The notes: generated by a model not told the origin, from the letters alone. A stretch of 64,000 bases of DNA from Selaginella moellendorffii (GCF_000143415.4 NW_003314334.1:261816-325815), one strand, 5' to 3'; shown: positions 11,161-23,943, counted from the first letter of the stretch. Translations and numbers: made by a program.

Positions 11161-13661
11161 ATGCTCCAGCAGCGGGTGAATGCGCTCACGGGGGAGAGCG
11201 AATGGATTCTCGTTGGCGATGGAGGCGACGGCGGCGATGCGAGCGATCCCCTGGCAGAGAGCTCGTATCTTGACATGCTGAATGATCGCGCCAGGAACAG
11301 GGCATTCTCTTCAGCAATCGCGAAGGTCGGCCGCCATGGCCATGTCCTGGACATTGGGTGAGGCTAGAGAGATCCTTCTTTCGTTTCCTGAGCTCGTTCT
11401 TGACAGTGCTCATGGCTTGGCGGGCAATGGAAGAGCAGTGCCAGGTGACTGCTTGCGAATCTTTTCTTCCAATGTACAAGCTGGCTCGCAAAGTTTGCCG
11501 AGACAATGGGACGATGGGAGCGATCAAGCTGCTCCATATGCGCTCGGATGAGATCAAAGTCGGGGTGGACATCTCTAGCAAAGCCGATGCATTGGTACGC
11601 TAAGTCTGTACACATTCTTCTTCTTCGTTTCCTCTGGACTCTTTGTCTCTCCAGGTGTGTGAGATTTTAGACTCGGAGTTGCTTGGAGAAGGGATCATTC
11701 CAAGTCCAAGGCACGCTCATGAGCATTTACTCCGGCCTAATGCTGCCACAGTGCCATATCGAGCTACTGTGTATGCCCAGGTATATAGCAAAGTCTTTTT
11801 TCTTAGCTCAGTGTTGAGTTTACTTCTTTCTCTTAGCTAGTCGAGAGCGACTTTCTCTGGAGATTGCACGACCTTCAAGGGGTAGAAGACCAGCTGCAGG
11901 ACGGATTGGCTTTCGCTCCCAATGATTTCTACTCTTACTTCAAGCACAGACAGCATGCGTTTCACGTTGATGAAATCCCCGGTATGAAGCTGGTAATTTA
12001 GTAGAGTTCTCTTACAAGTTACCAAAACCCGTGGCGCTGCAGCTTTCCGAGCCGTTTGAGGCCTTCGTTCTTGACTTCTATAGAGCTCCAGATGTGCGTG
12101 GAGAATTTAATCAAGCCGTGCATGTCAACTTCTCTGGGACTGCTCACGCAATAGTTTCATGGTACGAAACTTGCTCGGATTCGCTACTTCTTGGTTCGCT
12201 TTCTTCTCTGCTTGAACTTGACAAGGTGGGTGCTGCAGCTTGACAAAGATGGCCTGGTTTGCTACTCAACTGCTCCTCGTTGGATCAGAGGTTTGTTTTC
12301 CTGTTCGATTCTTTGAGTAACTCCGCAGATTTGTGTTCTCAGGGGCAAGCGAGTGGTGTGACCATTGGAAACAATGTGTGTGGTTTCTTCCTGGACAAGG
12401 TGTTTCGGTGGAGGAGCAGTCGGAGCTTCGCGTCGTAGTCAGCCATGATGAAGCGTCAGTGCGGTATGACATCAATGGTGGTGTATGCTGTAATAGTTCA
12501 GCGTCTGGTTTCGAGCTGAGCCTACAAAGGTGTCGCATGCTTGGTGACGGTAGCAGGCGTTCTATCATACAGTCTGCCATTCAGAAAGCTGTAAGTGTGT
12601 TTTGAATCTGTGAGTACGATTGTTTCTTTTTCTTTCTGTCCAGCTTGGAGAACGAGAATTTGGAAACTGTCTCATTCGGGATGACGGCCTGATGAGCGCC
12701 GTGTGTGCTCTATCTACAGCGCATGGATCCTGCCATGTGGCTGGCTTGTTTCCAGGCTGTAGAAGAGATGGCTTGAAGTACTTGGAGAGCGTCGCGAGCA
12801 AGCTGTCTATTATACACAAAGACGTCAAGCATCTCACTGGGGACGATTTCAAGGGGCATAAAGTATACAGTCTTGCAACTCCATTGGATATTGACGGGTT
12901 TCTTTCTTTTCGCGACAGGTGGATGTTCTTCTAGGGGACCCTTATTACGCCACGTACGAGCATGCGTTGCCGTGGAAGCAGCTTCGGTTTTGGTTCGTTT
13001 TCGTTTCGTTTTCTAAAGAGTTGGAAGTTGTTTTAAAGCAGTGAGAATCCAGGTACGAGAGAACGACGCTAAGTCCGTTGCTATCAGAGAACCCTATTAT
13101 AGTTCCCTGCTTTGGAATTCTCTATGGGATGGCTTGTCATCTTCCTGTAAGTTGATTATTTTCTCTGCAGTGACTTTGGTTTCATGTTGGCTAAATCAGG
13201 ATTTGTGGCAAAGCCGCTGTCGCCTTGAAGAAGTCGATGGCTTTGATCACAGGTCATTGACAAAACCGTTTTCGCTGCTCGAGTTCAACATGCGTGAGGA
13301 ATTCAAGAGTCTAAGTGGATTTGCAAAGGTTATTCAATTCTGTCCTCTTTGGTACCACTTAATGTTTTCTGCTACTTTTGCACAGGTTAGCGTTGTAAAG
13401 ACTGGGCTCTGCCATGGAGTTGTCCTGTGGATGGACTGGGTGATGGATCCCGAGAACAAGGATTTGGTACTTTCAACGGGACTTTTAAATCCAAGTGAGT
13501 AAGATTCTCTCCATCTCATCTCAAGGAGTTTCGTTTTACGTCTAGGCTGGAAGCAGGGCGTCAAGCTTTTCCGAAAGCCACTGCAAGCCACGGAGACTTT
13601 AGAGCTCAACGCGTCCTTCGATTCACAGACTGGAGAGATCAGCATCACTCGCGTGGTCTGA
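11161..13661 (+). pseudogene. PRMT7: PRMT7 copy 2 (full length, motif I deleted)
   Basis: The only copy with the last exon (GWKQGVKLFRKP...FDSQTGEISITRVV*). A 20-nt deletion at ~11410 removes most of GTGLLS in SAM-binding motif I and shifts the frame. Confidence 0.85.
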
Positions 13662-13746
13662 AGCCACAAACTCTTCTTTGCATTTAGGAAAACTTTTAAA
13701 CCAACATCAGGTAAATTCCAAACATATAGTTCCTATCTCTTGTGCT

Positions 13747-14470
13747 TCAAGTTCTTTGTTTGTTCGTCCTTGAAGTGTTGTTGAGCCTGAAGTAACCAGC
13801 GTCATACCGGATGCTCTTGATGTACGGTAACTTCCGCCACCTCGCAGTTGCTGAATTATACACCACCAAAATCTTGTTCTCTTCCTGTTGCTTTTCATCA
13901 AGTCCTTCCTCGTTTGGCATTTTCTCTCCTCTTGCTCCGGAGCCATGCTCTTCTCTCCAGGCTGGTCTTCCTCCCACTCCTCTTCGTCTTCCTCGTCATC
14001 GTCATCGTCATAAGGCAGAGCTCCAGCACCACCACTCGATCCACAACATTACACGCCCGGAATCCATATCCGCTCCCATCGCCCAAAAACTTCTTGGGCA
14101 CATCCACGATCCAGCACTTTGTCGGCCCGAGAATGGCTGCGCTGCGATCAAAGTGCCAGAAGTCGAGAATCTTGCGCCGCACAGCACAAACTGGTGGTGG
14201 TCACTGTCGTCAACCAGAGGCCACTCGATCCCTTTCTGGGAGAAGAAGGAGCCGGCATCCACTTGCCCGACTCCCAGACGCCGCGCAGCGCGTCGTGATC
14301 CCGGCACGACTCGACGACGCTCACGTCCGACTCCTTCCATGCGCTGTTAGCTCCGCGAGTCGAAAGCTTGGACCTGGACGATGCTCTGGAGGAGATTTTG
14401 CTGCTGCATGGCGGACACCATGTGACCGTAGCGGAGATAATCACTCGATTGCTGGCCTAAGTTCATGGAG
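13747..14470 (-). pseudogene. Degenerate gene, possibly F-box-associated/kelch type
   Basis: GC-rich coding-like sequence with an acidic tract and the motif ILVVYNSATARWRKLP; no continuous frame. Confidence 0.25.
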
Positions 14471-14674
14471 TAGCGAACGATCTTGAAGTCCCCACTCGAA
14501 GAACACGCAGCGCCAGCAGTAGCCGTTTCACCACGTGCCACGTGTTGGTTACCCCAGCGAACCAGGCCCTTTTGAGCGGCGCGACATTGTCAACCGGAAA
14601 GGTGGCGGCCCAAGAGTTATGGCACGATGACTTTATCTTAGAAAAGGTAGATTTAGATATGGAATGTTCTAAAC

Positions 14675-16914
14675 TCAAACTTGTGTTTTTTTTAGGCTCT
14701 GCCTCTTTTTGGGCTGCCGCCCATCGCCGCTACATTTGCTGCCGCTGAGGTTGTGCTGCGCCTTCGTCATCTCGATTTCATCGCTGCTGCATTTGTTGCC
14801 GCTCTCGATAGCCGTCTTGGGGTCCTCGTGCTGCGCCCTCTCCATGGCCTTCTTGAGGTCCTCGTGCTGCGCCCTCGTCATCTCGATTGCGCGCAGGTCG
14901 TCGCCCGCTTCGTCGCCGGGTAACTCCAACTTGTGCGCTCTCCCCTTCTGCAGCAGCTCCTGGATCTCGAACACCTGCATGCAGCGGCGGACGGTGATCA
15001 GTGCCACGATTGGCAGCAGCGCTGCGATGGAAATCCACGCCAGGAGGAGGGATTTGGACTTGTAGGTGGATTCTCCCTGAATAACCGCGAGCACCTGGAG
15101 ACCACGCTGCGTGATCTGGACTTGGTCGGCGTGGAGTCCCCAGGTCACGAACTTCGCCTGCCTCTGCATTTCTGTGCCCATCATGGCGATGACAGCCGAG
15201 TAGGAGACGATGGCCAGCAGCAAGTTGGCGATCAACAGCAGTGCGGTCTTGAGGTAGCGGGTTTTCCTTCTCAAGTTTTTTGAACGAAGGCGACTTAGCT
15301 GTGAATTTGTGAGTGGCTTTGTAGTAGCCACCACGGCGATGAAAGTGCTGGGAAGAGCGATGGCTGCCACCCAGAAATCCGTGGCGGCTCCTTGTTCCAG
15401 GTTGAGAGCCGAGCTGTGAGCTTGGATGTACAGGTTCTTGAGCTTCAAGGATACCGACCTCGGAATCTATGGTATCATTGAAAGATGGGATGAAATCGGT
15501 GCCTGCCAGGCACATATCTCTCGCTGCTGGCACCACACAGTCGGTAAGGCCTTGGACATTGTTTATTTCTGAAAAGTTTGTGTCGTTCCTCCAGGATGCC
15601 GGAGGTGGATATAATCGGTGGAACAGCGATAGCACGTCTGTTCGGTTCCCATTGCCTTGGACACACAGGTAGCCTTCGCCATCGGCGCTAGAGTTTGAGC
15701 ATGCAACAAAGTTTCCCGTCGAGCCAGACGCTAAAACAGGTGTGTGTACTTGTTGCTCGCATTTGCTGATATTGTCTTCCTCTCCTAGAAAATTTAGTGG
15801 CTGCTCCATTCCCAAAACCCGGCAGTATTGCTTGCTACTTGTGCTGTTGAATTTGTCGTCCATTTGATAGCGCGTCAGAAGCTTTCTTCACGACAGCTTT
15901 TATGCCCAGTATTGTCTCGGCCTGCACCCTCTGGGCCTGCACCCTCCAGGCCTGCCCCGCGGTTGAAAAATCTCTGGACGCCATCTGTTTATCTCCGACA
16001 CTTCCCGTCGCATCTATCATCTGTTTCGTTCCGGAACTTCCCACCAGCGTTTTATGTCTGGAACTTCCCGTCTCATCTATCACCGATTTAACTCCGGAAC
16101 TTCCCGTCGCATCTTCATCTTCATCTCCGTACATTAAATTACGTCTAGCGCTGGTTTTACTGTCAGTCCTCGTCTTGTTTGAGCAGGAGATAAGTGTGCC
16201 ATCTTGAAAGCTTTTGATTTTCACATCCGAGCTGTTGAGCAACTTGACTTGGCGGCTGTTGCTGGAGAGCTCGAGAATTCTTGCTGTTAAAGAGTTGCTA
16301 ACTGTCTGGCTAAACTTATCTTCTCCATTCTCTTTAGAGGTTCCTATGGACTCGGAGACCTCCCAGACTGTTCTAAACGCTGGCTTCTCCCCGATCGTAG
16401 TGAGTATGACTGGAGCCACACTGTCGCAAGCCTTACTGTCATCTTTGTTGCTGTCGCCAACACACAAGTAAGCCAGGATCCATACTGTGACACGCATCGT
16501 TCCCAGGCTCTTGATGTGGTCGACGGACTGGTACTCTGCAATGGCTGCTCCCCTCGTGCCTAACAGACCCTTCTTCTGCCTGATCTCCGATTTAGCCCGA
16601 TCCGTCAGATTTTGGTCTTCGTGCCCAAAATCGCAGCGTGACTGGTTGTGTACAGCGCCAACCATGTACCGGAGAAAGGCCTCGGGACGCCTGTCCTGGA
16701 GGGGGAGGAACTGCCACCATACCTGTTTGTGGAGGGAGTCGCCGCTCATTCTCAGGATCGCCGTGGAGCTGTCCACCTCCGACAGATCGCCTTGCTGCAC
16801 AGAAATCAGTGCGTGTCCATGGCACGAGAAGAGAACAAGAATGCAGGCCGAGAACACAAGCAACTTCATCTGCGGTGTAAGGCTACGCAGAGAACCCATG
16901 GCTCGGTGTCTCAA
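14675..16914 (-). pseudogene. Putative secretory-pathway membrane protein split over three overlapping frames
   Basis: ORF 15835-16914 has a signal peptide (MKLLVFSACILVLFSCHGHA). ORF 14778-15863 has a Cys-containing N-terminal part. ORF 14675-15448 has 3 hydrophobic helices and C-terminal (M)xRAQHEDxK repeats. Confidence 0.45.
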
Positions 16915-16974
16915 TTATAAAAGCAAAGTTACAAAGAACTTTGAATATTTTAAGTGGTTTGTGGGGGATATGGA

Positions 16975-17335
16975 ATGAGAAGATGCTTTCACACTGAGAT
17001 TGAGACTGCAAATGCTTTCACACTGTTCCCAGGGATGGACGTGGTTAAGTTCCTGGCATTATAGAAATCTCATGAAAACAAAGTTAAAACAACTTTGAAT
17101 GTTTTCATTCATCATAAATTGTTTATATGGTTTACTAGTGCCCGCCACGAAGCATGAGATGAGACTACAGATGCTTTCACGGATGGACGTGGTTAAGTTC
17201 CTGGCATATGAAAATCTTATAAAAGAAAAGTTACAAACAACTTTGAATATTTTCAGTGGGCATACGGAAAGACAAGATGCTTTCACCCTGTTCCCAGGCT
17301 GCTTGAAGGGATGGACGTGGTTAAGTTCCTGACGC
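16975..17335. repeat. Degenerate tandem repeat, ~130-150-bp unit, three copies
   Basis: gatggacgtggttaagttcctg at ~17033, 17182 and 17310, each preceded by a (g/a)atgctttcac motif. Confidence 0.7.
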
Positions 17336-18230
17336 ATTGTTCTTGTTCTAGAAAAAATGTATTCGACTCTTTTGTACTATGGCTGATTGATTGGACCATA
17401 ATTCAATACAAGACAGCCTATTGTCATTCACACTTTAATGTTTTGACAAACACATGGACTTGGGTGATTTGTAAATTTTTGCAGTGGGTGAAGTTGGGTG
17501 AACTTGATCCACTAGAAGTTGGGTGAAGTGAATTTGGGTGGTGAAGTTCACCATTGCACTTACAAGCATCAAGTCTCAAGGTTCTCTTTCACGCTGGTGT
17601 TGTTCTTCCACAGGAAGTATAGGTTCTTCGACACTAGCAAATTCTAGCCCACATCTTCTCCAACACAATCCTCTACTCCAATTATGTCAGGAGGAGCCAG
17701 AGGAAGTGGACTTCCACAATGATGAAGTATTTTATGCTTAACAGGTTTAGTGATCCAGATGCACACTTGCAAACTTTCTTTATTTCTAAGATAAATAATG
17801 AGAATTCAGATGTGGAGCGGTTGTGGTTACAACAGAGGATGGAGCAGCCGAGTGGCTAGGCATAGTAGAACAAAACACCATTCACAGATTGACCAACCCT
17901 AAGAGTGGCTTTTCTCAATCGCCAGCTCCTCTAGTCATATTAAGTATTATTGTCAAGGATTGCCATTAGAGATAGAATCTCACATGAAAATTCAGAATCC
18001 AGCGCCTTTGGAGGAAGCAATCCAACACACCTCAAATTGGGAACAAGCAAAGCTTTTGATTGCAAGGTATGCATACAATGCCTCTCTATAGTGGAGTCTC
18101 TGAAGTTTCTAGATCTATAGTAGATTTGAGAGCCTAGGATTGTTTACTTCAGTCTTGAGAACAATGGATTATAGCAAGCAGCCTTATTCATTCATAATAG
18201 TAATGCCCATAACTAGTTTCAGCAACTAGA

Positions 18231-19069
18231 CTAGACAGGCAGAGCGATACCCCCTGCAGCGCAGAGATCAGCTCCGGTGTTGCGATCGTAGAGACTGCAG
18301 CCCTCTTTCATGTCCTCGCAGCTGCGGCGTGCATTCCTGCAAGACTGCAGGGTGGTGCCCTGAAAAGTTACAGACTTGGCACAAATGGACACTCTGGGCA
18401 GGCAAACGAGGGCGCAAACCCCCATGGGGTCTTCAGTAGGCAGGCAGGTGCTGTTTGCGGATGGATTCTCCAAGTAGATGCAACCGGATTTCCCGAAGCA
18501 GCAACCACAGTTATCTTTGGAGACCTCGGCATTGCAGACCTCCACAATCGAATCAAGCTTACACTTCCTTCCTGCCATGAGCTCTATCGGAGAGGGCTGA
18601 GCTTCCTGAACATAATGAACAAGGCGGTTACCTTGATCTGTGCCCTGCTGCTCCAGCCGCGGGATGGGGTCACCGTTAACGATGTTGTAGTAACCGCATC
18701 CAGGTTGTCGGGGTGGGAGTTTTCCCTTGAGCACCTTGATGCCTGATGTTGGGAATCCTGATGAAGGCAATGGGCATACGGCCAACTTCGGACCTTGGCA
18801 CTCCCGGGTACAAGCCCTTGAATCACCGCCAATGCAAGTGACTTGTCCTGAACCAGGTTGCAGATAGACACAACCTTTCTTCAGACTACAGCAGTTGCTG
18901 CAATCGGTATAGGTGAGGTCACCATTGCAAACCTCGACGACACCACCTTGAGCAGCTGCAAGAACAGGAGTCCGAGTTAGAATCGAACATACAAGTGGAG
19001 ATCTCTCTCACAGGATAACGAGGCCAACAGAAGAAGAACGAGCACGGGGAGATTGCCGCTTCCAGCCAT
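18231..19069 (-). CDS. Pin-II-like protease inhibitor, copy 2 (260 aa)
   Basis: Matches copy 1 (CTREC/CALVC loops). Confidence 0.75.
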
Positions 19070-19237
19070 ACTTCTCTATTGCAGATCTGATGGGCTTTTG
19101 AAGTCCAGCATTGGTGCTTTAGAAATGTTCAAAACGTGTGTCCTTGACACAATGGATATCTTAATGCAGTAAGATAAGCCCTCTCACCACGGATGTGACG
19201 GGCGAGCTGAATGTCCTTTGGCAATGCCAAAGGACAT

Positions 19238-20133
19238 CTAATGCCAAATTGGCATTAGATAGTGGCTTGCTTTGCGAAGATTCACCGGTAAAATGCGGGA
19301 ACAATGCCCAGTCTCAGCACAAAAACAAATATCAGCTCCAGTGTTGCAAACGTAGAGATTGCAGCCCTCTTTCATGTCCTCGCAGCTGCGGCGTGCATTC
19401 CTGCAAGACTGCAGGGTGGTGCCCTGAAAAGTTACAGACTTGGCACAAATGGACACTCTGGGCAGGCAAACGAGGGCGCAAACCCCCATGGGGTCTTCAG
19501 TAGGCAGGCAGGTGCTGTTTGCGGATGGATTCTCCAAGTAGATGCAACCGGATTTCCCGAAGCAGCAACCACAGTTATCTTTGGAGACCTCGGCATTGCA
19601 GACCTCCACAATCGAATCAAGCTTACACTTCCTTCCTGCCATGAGCTCTATCGGAGAGGGCTGAGCTTCCTGAACATAATGAACAAGGCGGTTACCTTGA
19701 TCTGTGCCCTGCTGCTCCAGCCGCGGGATGGGGTCACCGTTAACGATGTTGTAGTAACCGCATCCAGGTTGTCGGGGTGGGAGTTTTCCCTTGAGCACCT
19801 TGATGCCTGATGTTGGGAATCCTGATGAAGGCAATGGGCATACGGCCAACTTCGGACCTTGGCACTCCCGGGTACAAGCCCTTGAATCACCGCCAATGCA
19901 AGTGACTTGTCCTGAACCAGGTTGCAGATAGACACAACCTTTCTTCAGACTACAGCAGTTGCTGCAATCGGTATAGGTGAGGTCACCATTGCAAACCTCG
20001 ACGACACCACCTTGAGCAGCTGCAAGAACAGGAGTCCGAGTTAGAATCGAACATACAAGTGGAGATCTCTCTCACAGGATAACGAGGCCAACAGAAGAAG
20101 AACGAGCACGGGGAGATTGCCGCTTCCAGCCAT
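19238..20133 (-). CDS. Pin-II-like protease inhibitor, copy 3, chimeric C-terminus (279 aa)
   Basis: 1064-bp tandem duplicate of copy 2. After EDMKEGC it reads NLYVCNTGADICFCAETGHCSRILPVNLRKASHYLMPIWH*. Confidence 0.65.
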
Positions 20134-20789
20134 ACTTCTCTATTGCAGATCTGATGGGCTTTTGAAGTCCAGCATTGGTGCTTTAGAAATGTTCAAAACG
20201 TGTGTCCTTGACACAATGGATATCTTAATGCAGTAAGATAAGCCCTCTCACCACGGATGTGACGGGCGAGCTGAATGTCCTTTGGCAATGCCAAAGGACA
20301 TCTAATGCCAAATTGGCATTAGATAGTGGCTTGCTTTGCGAAGATTCACCGGTAAAATGCGGGAACAATGCCCAGTCTCAGCACAAAAACAAATATCAGC
20401 TCCAGTGTTGCAAACGTAGAGATTGCAGCCCTTGATAGAATGAGCGGACCGAAGCTGGAGAGCCTAGGCCTGAAAAACGATCAGGCACGGTTGCAAGGGT
20501 GCAGGGTAACAAGTTGCATACGGTGGCAATTTATTTTGGAAAAATGCTCGTCTCGACCATTTTGATTTTTTATATTCATTTTCTGTTGTCACATATATTG
20601 TCTGTATTGAAAACATATATGCCACTAGCAACCCTTGTACCAGGGGTGCTACCCCGATCGATTTTTTGCTCTTAGGTAGGGAAAGCTGGATTACTCCTGT
20701 GTTGAGAGCTCATAAAATAGAGTAAATGGCAGCATCTGTTAGAACTAAGCTGAACATGCACACAACCAAGGCAGGTAGCTCACTGGTAG

Positions 20790-21350
20790 AGCACCTGGCA
20801 CCGGTGTAGGAGGTCCTGCCTGTCCAGCCATTTTCCAACGGCATCCATCCCTCCAGCTGGCTGAAAGTTTGGATCCCAGGACCATTTTGCACTAACAATG
20901 CAAACTTTAATTGAACCAGGCCATGGGGAAGAGTCAACCATTGAACCCAATCATGATCAATAACAAGGACTCGACGCAAAGAGTTTCTTCAATTCTCATA
21001 TTGGTGTTGGTATAGTGGTTCACATTGAGTTGGTAGCTTCCCAGACAACTTGTTTGGTTGCTGCTAAAGTTCCTTGATGGAACACTGCCTTCAAACCTGT
21101 TGTTGGTCGCATTGGAGCTGAAATTTTTGGAAGGCTCACCCGAGAAGATGGCCTCCCAGTTTGTTGGAGTTTAACAGAAGTATGCTCGGAAAGCTGAGAG
21201 GAATGCTGCCTTGTAGGTGACTAATATCTGTCGAATCTCAGGAGAGCTGAACAAGCTAGAAGCAGTTAGAGAGTTCCTAATCCCTGCAAGCTGGAATAGT
21301 TGGTTTATGAATATCTATCAAATCCATCAAATCCAATGCACCTTCACTGA
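20790..21350 (-). pseudogene. LRR relic (X2)
   Basis: Copy of 7700-8260. Confidence 0.45.
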
Positions 21351-21565
21351 AAATGTCAACACAGTGAGCCATTTCCTCCAAACACAGTAGGTGTAATGGG
21401 ACCAATGTCGTACTTGGCACTGTCCATAAACCATGGCTACAACAAAATAGCAATCGTTGGCATTGCTTTGGCTTGTACATGTGATCTGAAATATGTCCTG
21501 CCAGCCCACGAGAGAACGAGCTTTTTAAATGCTTGAAAACGTTTACTGTTTGGAACGTACATAGG

Positions 21566-22218
21566 ATGAAGTTATCGCCTCTGACGGTGAATCCAAAGCC
21601 CTCTCTCCAGATTGTCGCGAGTTTTACAAGTTCCCAGCAAGACACAACCTCACTGGCTGGACGAATCCAGAGCATGGCCCGTGGTGATTCGGCCTCTTTT
21701 GTTTTGCGTGGTTTACTCCCAAAGCCGGAGATCAACTTTCATGCTGGGATGCTGGCCGGTGTAACCTTGGGGACGGTGTCTGGTGACGAGTTATTGCAGG
21801 GGCCGAGCCTGACCGAATCAACTGGTAAGCTAGAAGTTTTTTTCGTATTTACGTATTCGCTGACTGATACTTTATTCCAGCGGCTTCGACATGGTCCGTA
21901 GCCAACGCCACGGCATTTGGACAGTGGATACAGAGCAGAGGCTCCATCTCTCCCGTTGCATCCGGCTACGTCATCTCCGGCCCGACCACAGCTCTACGAG
22001 CCGAGGTTGTTCATGTTTCCATGGAGGAGGAATGGCCGAGGACGCTCCAGAACGGTCTCGTAGCACACTTCGGCTCCTCCAAGGCTCGAGACAGGAGATG
22101 CAAGGGATGCGTCTGGGTGGGAATGGCTTGTGTGACAACGCCGGTAGTAGCAGCAGTGTGGGCACAGGGAAGCCAGGGAGCAGCAGCGGCATCAAGCTGC
22201 AAATCCGCTACGTTCTAG
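21566..22218 (+). CDS. Unknown two-exon protein, X2
   Basis: Copy of 8478-9130. Confidence 0.4.
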
Positions 22219-22597
22219 AGCAACTTGGAGCGGAATTTTATGGCCTCTCGTGGCTGACCATCAGTCCCATGTATCTCCACCGGCATCCAGTGCTGCCTTA
22301 CCACTGCGGCGTAGTGCTGCGGCTGGAGAAGCTACTGTATTACCCGAAGGCACCACCGCCGCCGCCGCCGCCGCCGCCGTTATGATTATGTACATACGAT
22401 GTTTAAAACGACAGTATAAATATACGTATTCTTATTAAGCAAAGGGAAGATTAAAAAAAAAGAGTTTAGCCTTTGTTCGTTAACCATCTCTTCTTTGTTG
22501 AGCATACAATTGCGGACTCAAGGGGCTCTTTTCCAGACGTATCACGCTAAACCAGTTAAAGACCGATTGATGCTTAACCTCACAGCAATGCACAGCC

Positions 22598-23943
22598 GGG
22601 ACACAGGGTGGAGTGCCCAAGACGATGGGCTTACTCAAAAGGAAGTACCATTGGCCAGATATGGTTAAGGACGTCCAAGACTATGTAAAGACATGTCCAA
22701 CATGTCAGCAGGTAAAAGCCGTGACTAAGGCTAGTGGGGGCTTGTTGCAAAGCATCCGAATTCCAGATCGCCCGTGGAAATGTCTTACGATGGACTTCAT
22801 CACGGGACTCCCCCCAAGCGAGGGGTTTGATGCGATATTTGTGGTGGTGGATCGATTTTCGAAAATGGCACACTTCATACCCACCACAACGGAGGTGGAT
22901 GCGGAAGGTGTGGCAAAGCTGTTCTTCGAACAAGTGGTTCGAGTGCGGGGAAGACCGGAAGAGATCATCTCAGATCGAGATAAGATCTTCACCAGTAGGT
23001 TCTGGAAGACTCTCCTAGAACAGTATCACACCAAGTTGAAATTTAGCACAGCCTATCACCCACAGACAGGTATGGGGTATTGAGTCAAGTTGTTGGCACT
23101 AACACTTCTTGACAGACGGACAAACGGAAAGGGTGAATAGGCAACTGGAGGATTATTTGCGATGCTATGTCTCGGGAGACCAGACTGATTGGGTAAGTCA
23201 TTTGGGACTTGCAGAAATGTGTTATAACAACTCACCACATTCGAGTATCGGGGTGAGTCCATGGGAAGTCATCAATGGGCGAGCTATTGAAGGTCCTGTG
23301 GAACTCGGCGTGGCCGAGTATCATGGAGAGTTGCCCGCAGTGGAGGCATTCACGGCGGAAAGACTCCGCATTTGGAATCTAGTGAGGGATTCCTTGGAAC
23401 GGGCTCAACAAAGGCAAACCAAATACGCGAACCAGAAGCGTCGGGATGTAGAGTTCCAAGCTGGGGAGAAGGTGTGGCTGAACACCAAGAACCTCAGACT
23501 ACCAAGTGGGATCAGCCGAAAGTTGACCCAAAGGTAAAGATGCATGTATTCCTGTAAATGAATTGATCTTGAGTTCCTTAAGCAGGTTCGCGGGGCTTTA
23601 CGAGATTGAGGCACGAATCGGTAAAGTGGCTTACCGACTCCGACTTCCTCGAGAGATGGGGAAGATGCACCCAGTGTTCCACGTGAACTTACTCAAGCCG
23701 TACTTTGAGGATCCGCTTCGCAAGGACCAAGTGAGACCTTTACCTGAGGTTATCCAAGGGGAAGAGGAATACGAAGTCGAGGCCATCCTCAATGCGCGCA
23801 AGAGCAAGTAACAAGGACGCGAGGTGAGAGAGTTCCATGTGAAGTGGAAAGGATTTCCACACTGCGAAGCAACATGGGAACCGGAGATCTAGTGGAGGAA
23901 TTTCTGCAAGGCAGAACTCTATGTACTTATGCAAAATTCAATT
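22598..23943 (+). pseudogene. Gypsy integrase + chromodomain, copy 1, with introns 23070-23115 and 23534-23585
   Basis: CPTCQ, MDFITGLP, VVDRFSKMAHF, ISDRD, HPQT|DGQTERVN, KLTQR|FAGLY, HPVFHV, YEVEAIL..VKWKGF..ATWEP. Confidence 0.9.

Noticed and set aside
14148-14444. WCPPC thioredoxin-like motif
   Set aside because: No other thioredoxin features around it; probably chance in a GC-rich frame.
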